DNA of 43,192 nucleotides from Bacteroidota bacterium (GTDB taxonomy: Bacteria; Bacteroidota; Bacteroidia; JAADEI01; JALVCQ01), in the NCBI GenBank assembly GCA_027009805.1, contig JALVCQ010000031.1:1-43192 (forward strand), read 5' to 3'. How positions within the stretch are numbered: position 1 is the first letter of the stretch; each line of letters opens with the position of its first letter. Of this stretch, positions 1 through 7,802 are shown one piece after another. The notes under the pieces are model-generated. The model did no database searches and had not been told where the DNA came from. It worked only from the letters and a program-made list of their open reading frames with translations. The translations under genes and the position numbers were made by a program.

Positions 1-1082
1 AAGAGGCTGTTTACTGGATTGGCGTGCTTAAGGCGGTCTATCCGCTGACGATGGTCATCGGCTCGCCGCTGATGGGCGCCATGGGCGACACGTGGGGCCG
101 AAAAAAGGTGCTTGCTGTTGCCATCAGCGGCAGCATCACCGGCTATGTGATGTTTCTGGCGGGCATCCTGTCGGCGAACCTGTGGCTGTTGTTTCTCGGT
201 AGGCTGTTGGACGGCTTCTCGGGCGCCAACACGGCCATGCTTTACGCCACCATTGCCGACACCGTCGAACCCCGTCGGCGCGGCCGCTATTTCGGCCTGA
301 TCACCGCCGCCTTCGGCACCGGCTTTATTGTGGGCCCCTTTCTGGGCGGCATCCTGTCCGATCCCACCATCCTCCCGTGGTTCAGTTATGTCACGCCCTT
401 TTACCTGACCATCCTGCTGCTGTTGGTCAACCTTCTTTTTGTCCTTTTTTATTATCCTGAAACCTTTCAGACCCGGGCCCGCCTTTCTTTTCGTGATCGG
501 TTTCGGTGGGGCTGGATCCGCCGTCGTCACCGCGGCCTCGGCTGGCTGTTGCTGGGCGGCTTTCTGGCCTGGCTCGGATTTTCGGCTTACACGCAGTTTG
601 TGGACGTGGTGATGGTGCGTAAATTCGGCATGACCGTGCGGCAGCTCGGCCTTTTCTTCGGCTACGTGGGCGTGTGGATTGTCCTCACTCAGGGGGTGCT
701 GAACCGCTGGGTCTCCAACCGGTTTCGTTCCGGAGCGGTGTTGAACGCCACCATGCCGGCGCTTGTAGCGTCATTTATCCTGTTCGCCCTGGCCCCTACC
801 GAAGGGTGGGCCTACGCCACTGTGCCGCTCATTTCCATTCATCACGGTCTGAGCTATCCCCACTATCTGAGCACCGTCTCGGCGCAGGTAAGCACCGAAT
901 ATCAGGGACGGCTGCTGGGGCTGTATCAGTCCGCTCAGTCGCTGGCCATCGGGCTGGCGCCGTTGCTGGTCAGTCCCATCGCCGCCGCATGGGTCACCGG
1001 GCCGCTCTGGGCGGCTGCCGCCGTGTCGCTGGCGGCCTTTGGCGTGTATCGGATGTGGGCGGCTCGCTACGCAGCCCGATGA
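1..1082 (+). CDS. MFS transporter (N-terminus cut off by window edge)
   Basis: ORF track 24..1082. The frame stays open back to base 3, so the true start lies upstream. MFS motif-A-like GAMGDTWGRKKVL, many hydrophobic spans, second loop motif EPRRRGRYFG. Confidence 0.85.
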   Translation, partial: EAVYWIGVLKAVYPLTMVIGSPLMGAMGDTWGRKKVLAVAISGSITGYVMFLAGILSANLWLLFLGRLLDGFSGANTAMLYATIADTVEPRRRGRYFGLITAAFGTGFIVGPFLGGILSDPTILPWFSYVTPFYLTILLLLVNLLFVLFYYPETFQTRARLSFRDRFRWGWIRRRHRGLGWLLLGGFLAWLGFSAYTQFVDVVMVRKFGMTVRQLGLFFGYVGVWIVLTQGVLNRWVSNRFRSGAVLNATMPALVASFILFALAPTEGWAYATVPLISIHHGLSYPHYLSTVSAQVSTEYQGRLLGLYQSAQSLAIGLAPLLVSPIAAAWVTGPLWAAAAVSLAAFGVYRMWAARYAAR

Positions 1083-1413
1083 GCACCGAACAGTCTTTCC
1101 CGTGATGGTTGTGCACACACGGCTCATGCGTGATGAACTCGTCCCAGCAATAGCCGTGCAGCAGCGCCATACAGCAATCCGACCCTAAAAAGTTGACCCA
1201 TCGCTGCCATCCCCGCGCCCGCGGGTCTTCGTTGCCCCACGGGCCGTTATAGTCCACGCAGCCGTGCCCCAATCCCGCCGGCACACATGCACTCAGCGAG
1301 CCTTCCCAGCGCAGCCGGGCCCGTTCCATCCACCCCCACACCGCATACCGATAGTGAAACAGCACACCGCTCATCACGCACGCCACGACAAAGGCCCCTA
1401 TCGTCTGCTTCAT
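994..1413 (-). CDS. hypothetical small Cys/Trp-rich protein with N-terminal hydrophobic segment
   Basis: Internal ATG (M38 of ORF 994..1524) gives MKQTIGAFVVACVMSGVLF... A TAGCTTTG -7-like box lies 21 nt upstream. The first 37 codons of the tracked ORF are encoded by a repeat element. The 3' end overlaps the MFS gene by 89 nt. No family recognised. Confidence 0.4.
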   Translation of the reverse strand: MKQTIGAFVVACVMSGVLFHYRYAVWGWMERARLRWEGSLSACVPAGLGHGCVDYNGPWGNEDPRARGWQRWVNFLGSDCCMALLHGYCWDEFITHEPCVHNHHGKDCSVLIGLRSEPPTSDTRQRPPATRRQPPRAAR

Positions 1414-1434
1414 GCCGTTTCGAAAAAGCGGCGA

Positions 1435-1442
1435 CAAAGCTA
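1435..1442 (-). promoter_or_regulatory. candidate Bacteroidota-type -7 box (TAGCTTTG, consensus TAnnTTTG)
   Basis: Exact match to TAnnTTTG on the minus strand, 21 nt upstream of the ATG at 1413. Confidence 0.3.
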
Positions 1443-1458
1443 TGGGAACGTTTTTTTC

Positions 1459-1607
1459 TTTTTGGGCGTGCCCCCTTCTTCCTGATTGAAGAACACTGAT
1501 TAACGAACGCCGATTTAAGAACAAAAAGGATAAATTAAGATAAAATATTAAACCAAAAATCGGTGTTCGATATTCCCCCGAAGCATGCCGTGCCCTCTAT
1601 GAAACGG
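1459..1607 (+). mobile_element. MITE-like composite repeat, copy A
   Basis: Layout: TTTTTGGGCGTGCCCC, then an AT-rich core, then a degenerate GCATGC palindrome. Aligns by eye with the reverse complement of 14424..14577; the first ~75 nt look clearly conserved, the core less so. Shared blocks: TGGGCGTGCCCC, GATT(G/T)AAGAACAC(T/C)GATTAACGAA, TTTAAGAACAAAA, AAATCGG(T/A)GTTCG, GATATT, GCATGCCGTGCCC. Internal 11-nt inverted repeat GAACACTGATT / AATCGGTGTTC flanks a ~60-nt AT-rich core. Confidence 0.6.
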
Positions 1608-1643
1608 ATGTCCCCGCGGGCCGTGTTGGCTATCCATTGGGTG

Positions 1644-1671
1644 GTCGGGGCGAAACATGTTTCGCCCCGAC
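1644..1671. repeat. perfect 28-bp palindrome GTCGGGGCGAAACATGTTTCGCCCCGAC
   Basis: Self-complementary over all 28 nt (checked by hand). Confidence 0.9.
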
Positions 1672-1729
1672 ATGGTTTTTCGCCCATCCTATCGCATCGG
1701 TCAGGTATTTTGTCGGGAACGGGCATGTG

Positions 1730-1757
1730 GTAGGGGCGCAGCATGCTGCGCCCCTAC
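1730..1757. repeat. perfect 28-bp palindrome GTAGGGGCGCAGCATGCTGCGCCCCTAC (REP-like)
   Basis: Self-complementary over all 28 nt, with GTAG/CTAC termini. Confidence 0.9.
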
Positions 1758-1783
1758 GCAACCCATCCCGCAGGCGTTCCCGA

Positions 1784-1803
1784 AGGCGATGCATGCATCG
1801 CCT
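1784..1803. repeat. perfect 20-bp palindrome AGGCGATGCATGCATCGCCT (degenerate family member)
   Basis: Self-complementary. The right flank CCTCTAC resembles the CCCCTAC arm of the 28-mers. Confidence 0.8.
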
Positions 1804-1831
1804 CTACAAATCCCACCCGCGGACGCCCACA

Positions 1832-1851
1832 GGGCGACGCACGCGTCGCCC
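1832..1851. repeat. hairpin GGGCGACGC-AC-GCGTCGCCC
   Basis: 9-bp complementary arms separated by 2 nt. Confidence 0.75.
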
Positions 1852-1899
1852 CCTTAAAAAATGCATCACGTCCTAATTGTTTCACATCATTCCTCCCCC

Positions 1900-1928
1900 G
1901 TGGCTTCGGCTCCGCTCAGCCAACGGGT
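1900..1928 (+). repeat. 29-nt dispersed motif GTGGCTTCGGCTCCGCTCAGCCAACGGGT
   Basis: 27/29 identical to 31537..31565. Its core 16 nt recur inverted at 31769..31784. Confidence 0.8.
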
Positions 1929-1933
1929 ATATT

Positions 1934-1961
1934 GTAGGGGCACGGCATGCCGTGCCCCTAC
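1934..1961. repeat. perfect 28-bp palindrome GTAGGGGCACGGCATGCCGTGCCCCTAC (REP-like)
   Basis: Self-complementary. An identical copy lies at 14424..14451 and a degenerate copy at about 1575..1600. Confidence 0.9.
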
Positions 1962-1991
1962 GAAACGGACGTCCATGCGGGCCATTCATCC

Positions 1992-2019
1992 GCAGGGGTG
2001 ACCGGCCGGTCGCCCCTGC
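1992..2019. repeat. 28-bp near-palindrome GCAGGGGTGACCGGCCGGTCGCCCCTGC
   Basis: One non-Watson-Crick position, which would be a G-U pair in RNA. Same length and G4/C4 blocks as the other family members. Confidence 0.85.
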
Positions 2020-2087
2020 AAAACCATATCCTCTGTGGGTATTCCTGCCGACATTGCCGTCAATGAACGGGTAGCGCCGCTGCACCC

Positions 2088-2531
2088 TTACGCAGCGGAA
2101 GTCCCTGCCATGCCTTGCAGCATCAGCCGGGCCCGCCGGCCGGCGGGATGGTCTTCCAGCCGGAGCGCATAGTGCGGAATGGTTGTTAGATAAGGCTCGG
2201 CCACTTCGGGCCATTCGATAAACCAGATCGGCGCCGACTCCCATATCTCCACAAAGCCGGCTTCTTCCACCTGTTCGGGACGTTCCAGCCGATACAGATC
2301 AAAATGATGAACAGGCGCACGGCCTCCGTATTGATGATGCAACACAAAGGTGGGGCTCGACACCTCTGCCTCGAAGCCCATCACCCGACCGAAGGCCCGC
2401 ACCAGCGTGGTCTTGCCCGCACCGAGGCCGCCGTATAGCGCCAGCCGCAGCGGCTGCAAAGAAGCCGCCGCCCACCGGGCCCACCGTGCCCATTCCTCGG
2501 GCCGGCGGATATGCCAACACCACTCAGGCAC
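2088..2531 (-). CDS. tsaE: tRNA threonylcarbamoyladenosine biosynthesis ATPase TsaE
   Basis: 147 aa. P-loop LYGGLGAGKTTLVRAF followed by SPTFVL..Y......HFDLYRL, the typical TsaE/YjeE layout. GTG start overlaps the upstream gene stop by 8 nt. Confidence 0.85.
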   Translation of the reverse strand: MPEWCWHIRRPEEWARWARWAAASLQPLRLALYGGLGAGKTTLVRAFGRVMGFEAEVSSPTFVLHHQYGGRAPVHHFDLYRLERPEQVEEAGFVEIWESAPIWFIEWPEVAEPYLTTIPHYALRLEDHPAGRRARLMLQGMAGTSAA

Positions 2532-4074
2532 GGCTCACCAGGTGAACGTAGGGGATGGCCATCTCCCGCAGCGAAATGCCGCCGTGTTGGAGGGTGTTGC
2601 CGTACAGGTTGGTGTAATGCTGCGGATCGGTGGGAAACAGGAAATAATGGTCGTTCTTGGCGATGATCCAGCGTTCGCCCAGATACTTGCGCGGCAGGCC
2701 GTAGCTTTCGAGATCCTGGATGAACAACACCTCTTTGGGATTGTACCGAAAACTGCGGGCCGCCTTATAGCGCAGGTTGTGGGTGACGTCCCGATCCGAC
2801 TCGATACGGGCCGGACGGCGCACCTCAATAGTGCCGTGATCGGTGGTGATGATCACATCATACGGCTCTTCGGCCAGCCGTTGCAGGAACTCAAACAGAT
2901 AAGAGTTTTCAAACCACGTCCGCGTCAGCGAACAATAGGCCTTCTCATTCGGCGCCAGCTCTTTCATCACCCGCATCTCGGTGCGGGCATGCGACAGAAA
3001 GTCGATGAAATTGTACACGATGACGCTGAGCCGCCGTTGATGGAACGGCTCCACCGGAATGCGGTGAAGGTAATGCGGCGAGGTGATCCGATAGAAGCGG
3101 AACTTGCCCGGCAGGCCGTGCCGCAGCAGAAACTGGCGGAAGAAAAATTCTTCGTGTTGGTTTTTCAATCCGCTGTCTTGCTCATACAGCCATCGGCCGG
3201 GATAGGTCCGGGCGATTTCCGACGGCAGCATACCGCTGAAGATGGCATTGCGACTGTAAGGCGTAGCTGTCGGCAAAATAGAATAAAAGAGTGATTCGCG
3301 TTTGATGGAATACCACTCTTCCAGCAGGGGCCGGATGGCCACCCATTGGTCGTAGCGGAAGTTGTCGATCACCAACAGCAATGTGGGCCGGTCGCTGCTG
3401 CGAAACTCGGGGAGGAAGCGCCTTTCCAGCAAGGTGTGGGAAAGGGCGGGCGCCGTCTCGGGTTGTTGAATCCACGACCGGTAGTGGCGAACCACATAAT
3501 TGCTGAACAGTTCGTTGGCCTGTTCGGAAAGCTGGTCGAACACCTCGTGCAACCCCGGGTCGTTGATGTCTTTCAGCTGGTTCTCCCATTCACACAGGTC
3601 ACGATAGGCTTTCAGCCATTCGTCGGGCTCCTGGGCGTTGTTGATGAGGCGAGCCAGGAAAGGATACGCCTTTAAGAACCGCTGACGCGCCTGCTCCGTC
3701 ACCAGGTAATCTTGTTGGAGAGCTTTTTTAATGCTCAGCAACAGCTGCGACGAGTTCACGGGTTTGATGAGATAGTCGGCGATTTGCCGGCCGAGGGCGT
3801 TTTCCATCAGCCCTTCTTCTTCGCTCTTGGTCACCATGATAATCGGCAGCTCGGGCTGGCGTTGTTTGATGGCTTCCATGGTTTCGAGGCCGCTCAGGCC
3901 GGGCATCTGCTCATCTAAAAACACCGCGTCGAAATAATCTTGCTGCACCGCATCGATGGCCTCGGCACCCGTATGAACCGGAACCACCTCATACCCCTTC
4001 TTTTCCAGAAATAAAATATGCGGGCGGAGGCTTTCGATCTCGTCATCCACCCACAAAATTTTGTATTTACTCAT
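2524..4074 (-). CDS. porX: PorX-type response regulator (CheY-like receiver + PglZ/alkaline-phosphatase-like domain)
   Basis: 516 aa. Receiver motifs ILWVDDE, FLDEQMPG, LIKPV. Long C-terminal domain with VIITTDHG, as in PglZ domains. Size and architecture match PorX of the T9SS PorXY system. Confidence 0.78.
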   Translation of the reverse strand: MSKYKILWVDDEIESLRPHILFLEKKGYEVVPVHTGAEAIDAVQQDYFDAVFLDEQMPGLSGLETMEAIKQRQPELPIIMVTKSEEEGLMENALGRQIADYLIKPVNSSQLLLSIKKALQQDYLVTEQARQRFLKAYPFLARLINNAQEPDEWLKAYRDLCEWENQLKDINDPGLHEVFDQLSEQANELFSNYVVRHYRSWIQQPETAPALSHTLLERRFLPEFRSSDRPTLLLVIDNFRYDQWVAIRPLLEEWYSIKRESLFYSILPTATPYSRNAIFSGMLPSEIARTYPGRWLYEQDSGLKNQHEEFFFRQFLLRHGLPGKFRFYRITSPHYLHRIPVEPFHQRRLSVIVYNFIDFLSHARTEMRVMKELAPNEKAYCSLTRTWFENSYLFEFLQRLAEEPYDVIITTDHGTIEVRRPARIESDRDVTHNLRYKAARSFRYNPKEVLFIQDLESYGLPRKYLGERWIIAKNDHYFLFPTDPQHYTNLYGNTLQHGGISLREMAIPYVHLVSRA

Positions 4075-4120
4075 ATGTAGTGTGCTTTTTAGGAACTTTG
4101 CACCGGATGCAAAGAAAGCA

Positions 4121-5362
4121 ATGATCCGGCCAAAGTCTTTTTCTCCTGTAATCTTTAACGACCCTGTGCATGGATTCGTTCATGTGCTGGACCCGCTGGC
4201 GTTTACGGTCATCGAACATCCTTACTTCCAGCGGTTGCGGCGCATCTTGCAGCTGGGTGTGGCGTTTCTGGTCTATCCGGGCGGGACGCATTCCCGCTTT
4301 TTACATGCACTGGGTGCCTATCATCTGATGGGGCGGGCGCTGGAAATTATCCGGATGAAGGGCTTTGAGGTGGACCCCGAAAAGGCCCGGGCGGCCCGGC
4401 TGGCCATCCTGTTGCATGACATCGGCCACGGTCCCTTTTCGCACGCTCTGGAAGGGTTGTTTATCAATGCACCCCACGAAGAGATTTCGCTGGCCCTGAT
4501 GGAGGCTTTGAATGAAGACCTGCACGGAGCGTTGCAACCCGCCATCGATTTGTTTAGGCAGAAGACCTCACCGCCCTTCTTCTACGAGTTGGTGAGCGGC
4601 CAGCTGGACGTGGACCGGCTCGACTATCTGATTCGGGACAGCTTCTACACGGGCGTGTCGGAAGGCGTGATCGGGCTGGAACGCATTCTGACGATGCTCA
4701 CGGTATGGGAAGGGCATCTCGCTGTCGAGCGCAAAGCCATTTATTCGCTGGAAAAATTTATCGTGGCCCGGCGCCTGATGTATTGGCAGGTCTATTATCA
4801 TAAGACCAACATCGCAGCCGATGTGGTGTTGACCAAAGCCCTGCGGCGGGTGGCTGAATTGTATGACAGCGGCGTTTCGGTGCCGCTGCCGTCGCCGCTG
4901 GCTTTCCTGTTTCAGCATCGAAAAACGCCTTTTCAGGGCCATTCTCATCAAAAAGCCCTCGTGGAAGCGTTTGCACAATTAGATGATTACGACATTCTGT
5001 ATTACATGAAACAGTGGCAGGATGCTTCCGATGCGGTGCTCGGTCGGCTGGCGCGTATGTTTGTGACCCGTCGTCTGATGCGCGTGAAAATTTTGACTCA
5101 TCCCATCAGTGAAGAGCAGGAAATGCAAATTTGCCGCCGAATCCAACAAACATTCGACCTCCCCGATTCGGAGGTGCACTACTTCTTTGAGAAGGGGACG
5201 TTGAGCAATGAGGCTTACGTGAAAGGCGCATCCAACATCCGGGTGGTGGGTCCCGACGGGGTCAGCGATCTGGCGGAGGCCTCCGACAATGCCAACATCC
5301 TCGCCCTCGCCCGGCCCGTGGTGAAATATTACGTTGCCTACCCGAAAGCCATAGAAGCATGA
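4121..5362 (+). CDS. HD-domain phosphohydrolase (COG1078 / SAMHD1-like dNTPase family)
   Basis: Motifs [34 protein letters not shown]. Start moved to the ATG at 4121, because 4061 would overlap the divergent porX start. Stop overlaps the lpxD start (ATGA). Confidence 0.85.
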   Translation: MIRPKSFSPVIFNDPVHGFVHVLDPLAFTVIEHPYFQRLRRILQLGVAFLVYPGGTHSRFLHALGAYHLMGRALEIIRMKGFEVDPEKARAARLAILLHDIGHGPFSHALEGLFINAPHEEISLALMEALNEDLHGALQPAIDLFRQKTSPPFFYELVSGQLDVDRLDYLIRDSFYTGVSEGVIGLERILTMLTVWEGHLAVERKAIYSLEKFIVARRLMYWQVYYHKTNIAADVVLTKALRRVAELYDSGVSVPLPSPLAFLFQHRKTPFQGHSHQKALVEAFAQLDDYDILYYMKQWQDASDAVLGRLARMFVTRRLMRVKILTHPISEEQEMQICRRIQQTFDLPDSEVHYFFEKGTLSNEAYVKGASNIRVVGPDGVSDLAEASDNANILALARPVVKYYVAYPKAIEA

Positions 5363-6405
5363 GATTTACGCTGACAGCCGGAGAAGTGGCGGCCATCGTC
5401 GGCGGCCGGATCATCGGAGACCCCGAACAACGGGTAACCCACGTGGCCCCCATCGAAACCGCCGATGCAGAGGCGTTGATTTTTATTCATGCGCCCCAAT
5501 ACGTGGAAAAAATAGCCGAGTCGCCCGCTCGGGTGGTGTTGATCCGGCAAGATCTGGTGAATCGGGCCGTGGAGGTGAGCCGCAACGACCGCACCTGGAT
5601 TGTGGTGGACAACCCACAGGTGGCGCTGGTGGCCTTGCACCAACACGTGAGCCGGCCTTCCCGCCTCCCTCGCGGCGTTCATCCAATGGCTTACGTGGAC
5701 GAAGCCGTGCGGGCGCAGCTGGATGAGTCGGTATATATCGCCCCTTTTGCCTACGTCTCGGAAGGATGTCGGATCGGCAAGAACGTCAAAATTTTTCCAC
5801 ACGTGTATCTGGGGCCGGGCTGCGAGGTGGGTGACAACACCATCTTACATGCGGGCGTGAAAGTGTATTCCCGCACCCATATCGGGCGTCATTGCATCAT
5901 CCATTCCGGAGCCGTTATCGGCAGCGACGGCTTCGGCTTTGTCATTGCGGACGGCCGCCAACAAAAGGTGCCGCAGCTGGGCCGGGTGATCATTAAAGAT
6001 CATGTGGAAATCGGCGCCAACACTGTTATCGACAGGGCCACCCTTACCGCTACGATCATCGAGGAAGGCGTGAAGTTGGACAACCTGATTCAGGTGGCCC
6101 ATAACGTGGTGATCGGAAAAGAAACCGTCATTGCTGCACAAACGGGCATTTCCGGCAGCACGCAGGTGGGGCCCTATTGCATGATCGGCGGACAGGTGGG
6201 CATGGCCGGCCACCTTCGCATTGCCGAGCGCACCCGTATCGGTGCGAAGTCGGGTATTGCCCGGTCGATTAAAACCCCGGGTGAAGATTGGCTGGGGGCG
6301 CCGGCATTACCGGCGCGACAAACCAAGAAAATATGGTATGCCCTCCGATTTTTGCCGGAGATATACCGGCAATGGCGCCGGTTTTTGAAGCAAAAAACAA
6401 CATAA
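5359..6405 (+). CDS. lpxD: UDP-3-O-acylglucosamine N-acyltransferase
   Basis: 348 aa with an LpxD-like N-terminal domain followed by left-handed beta-helix hexapeptide repeats. Canonical position upstream of lpxC/fabZ and lpxA. Confidence 0.92.
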   Translation: MRFTLTAGEVAAIVGGRIIGDPEQRVTHVAPIETADAEALIFIHAPQYVEKIAESPARVVLIRQDLVNRAVEVSRNDRTWIVVDNPQVALVALHQHVSRPSRLPRGVHPMAYVDEAVRAQLDESVYIAPFAYVSEGCRIGKNVKIFPHVYLGPGCEVGDNTILHAGVKVYSRTHIGRHCIIHSGAVIGSDGFGFVIADGRQQKVPQLGRVIIKDHVEIGANTVIDRATLTATIIEEGVKLDNLIQVAHNVVIGKETVIAAQTGISGSTQVGPYCMIGGQVGMAGHLRIAERTRIGAKSGIARSIKTPGEDWLGAPALPARQTKKIWYALRFLPEIYRQWRRFLKQKTT

Positions 6406-6407
6406 GG

Positions 6408-7796
6408 ATGAGCCAACAGCAAACCATCGCGCAACCGGTGTCCACCGAAGGTGTGGGGATTCATACCGGTCGGACGATCCAGCTCCGGTTTTTGCCGGCG
6501 GAGCCCGACACGGGCATTCGTTTCCGGCGGGTGGACCTGAATCCGCCGGTGGACATTCCGGCGTTGGTGGACTATGTAGTAAACGTTGAACGCAACACCA
6601 CCCTCGGCAAAGGCGACGCCCGGGTGGCCACCGTCGAACACCTGATGGCGGCCGTAGCCGGTATGGGCATCGATAACCTGCTGGTGGAGGTCGATGGCGA
6701 AGAAGTGCCCATCCTCGACGGTAGTGCCGCGCCTTTCATCCAGCTGTTGCAGCAAGCCGGTGTGGTGGAGCAGGAAGCCGAACGAGCGGTGTTTGTGGTA
6801 GATCGTCCCTATCGCTATCGAAATGAACAAGCCGCCCTCGAAATCGTCCCTGATGACGATTACCGGCTCACGGTGATGATCGATTACGGCTCTTCGCTGG
6901 TGGGGCCGCAGTTCGCGCATATCGATCGCCTTGGAGAATTTGCAACGCAAATCGCCCAGGCCCGCACCTTCTGTTTTTTCCATGAGCTGGAAATGTTGGT
7001 GGATCATAATCTGATTAAAGGGGGCGACCTGAACAACGCCATCGTATTTGTGGATCGGCCGGTAGAGCAGGCGTCGGTGGATAAACTGGTACGCATCTTC
7101 GGCAATCAGGTGGAAACGGTGCCTTCTTACGGCACGCTGAATGAACAGGCGCTGCGGTATGACAATGAGCCGGCGCGCCATAAGTTGCTGGATGTGGTGG
7201 GCGATCTGGCGCTGGTGGGTGTCCCGTTGCAAGGACATGTGTATGCCATGCGGCCCGGTCATCAGGTGAATATCGAGTTTGCCCGAATGTTACGGGCCGC
7301 CTATAAAGACTATAAAAAACGCCAGGCCGTTCCGCAATACGACCCCGACCGGACGCCGGCCTTCACTTCTCGGGACATCCTTCGCATCCTGCCACATAAA
7401 CATCCGTTTTTGCTGGTTGACAAGGTCACGGAAGTGGGGGAAGGCTACGTAGTGGGGATTAAGAACGTCACTTATAACGAGCCGTTTTTTCAGGGGCATT
7501 TCCCCGACGAGCCCGTGATGCCGGGGGTGTTGCAAGTGGAAGCCCTGGCCCAGCTGGGCGGCATTTTGATCCTCGGGTTTGAAGATGATCCGTCCGCCTA
7601 TTCCACTTATTTCCTGCGCATCGAAGAGGCGCGCTTTAAGGAGAAGGTGGTGCCGGGCGACACGATGATCATGCAAATGTCGCTGACGGCTCCCATTCGG
7701 CGCGGTATTTGCCAGATGAAAGGCACCGTCCACGTGGGCAGCCGGCTGGTGACCGAAGCCCGAATGACGGCACAGGTGGTCAAAAACAAGAAATAA
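6408..7796 (+). CDS. lpxC/fabZ: bifunctional UDP-3-O-acyl-GlcNAc deacetylase / 3-hydroxyacyl-ACP dehydratase (LpxC-FabZ fusion)
   Basis: N-terminal half LpxC-like (GVGIHTG, HKLLDVVGDLAL). C-terminal half FabZ hot-dog (LPHKHPFLLVDKV, FFQGHFPDEPVMPGVLQVEALAQ). ATG at 6408 follows the lpxD stop. Confidence 0.93.
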   Translation: MSQQQTIAQPVSTEGVGIHTGRTIQLRFLPAEPDTGIRFRRVDLNPPVDIPALVDYVVNVERNTTLGKGDARVATVEHLMAAVAGMGIDNLLVEVDGEEVPILDGSAAPFIQLLQQAGVVEQEAERAVFVVDRPYRYRNEQAALEIVPDDDYRLTVMIDYGSSLVGPQFAHIDRLGEFATQIAQARTFCFFHELEMLVDHNLIKGGDLNNAIVFVDRPVEQASVDKLVRIFGNQVETVPSYGTLNEQALRYDNEPARHKLLDVVGDLALVGVPLQGHVYAMRPGHQVNIEFARMLRAAYKDYKKRQAVPQYDPDRTPAFTSRDILRILPHKHPFLLVDKVTEVGEGYVVGIKNVTYNEPFFQGHFPDEPVMPGVLQVEALAQLGGILILGFEDDPSAYSTYFLRIEEARFKEKVVPGDTMIMQMSLTAPIRRGICQMKGTVHVGSRLVTEARMTAQVVKNKK

Positions 7797-7802
7797 CGTT
7801 TC

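Noticed and set aside
1414-1524. A conserved peptide encoded by both MITE-like copies: MFLNRRSLISVLQSGRRGHAQKEK (N-terminus of ORF 994..1524) versus MFLKEHSLIGVLKSAKRGTPKSKR (ORF 14510..15397)
   Set aside because: The similarity follows from nucleotide identity of the repeat. Both begin at non-ATG codons inside the AT-rich core. Both continue into unrelated sequence, the second antisense to phnE.
1575-2020. Possible CRISPR array, given the regularly sized 28-bp palindromic units
   Set aside because: The repeats are not identical to each other. Centre-to-centre spacing is irregular (about 48 to 106 bp). The units are full palindromes, and no cas genes or leader lie nearby.
1637-2074. Small ORFs across the palindromes (1637..1876, 1743..1937, 1877..2074) with recurring VGAQHAAPLR / VGARHAVPLR peptides
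   Set aside because: They are translations of the palindromic repeats in both orientations. They have no start context and no coding-like composition.
2524-4074. The PglZ domain as a marker of a BREX/DISARM-type phage-defence system
   Set aside because: The PglZ domain is fused to a CheY-like receiver, which is the PorX architecture. No PglX methyltransferase, BrxC ATPase or other BREX genes lie nearby; the neighbours are tsaE and lipid A genes.
4121-5362. The SAMHD1/dGTPase-like HD protein as a stand-alone anti-phage dNTP-depletion gene
   Set aside because: It is translationally coupled to lpxD in a housekeeping operon and has normal GC content. No other defence-like neighbours are present.
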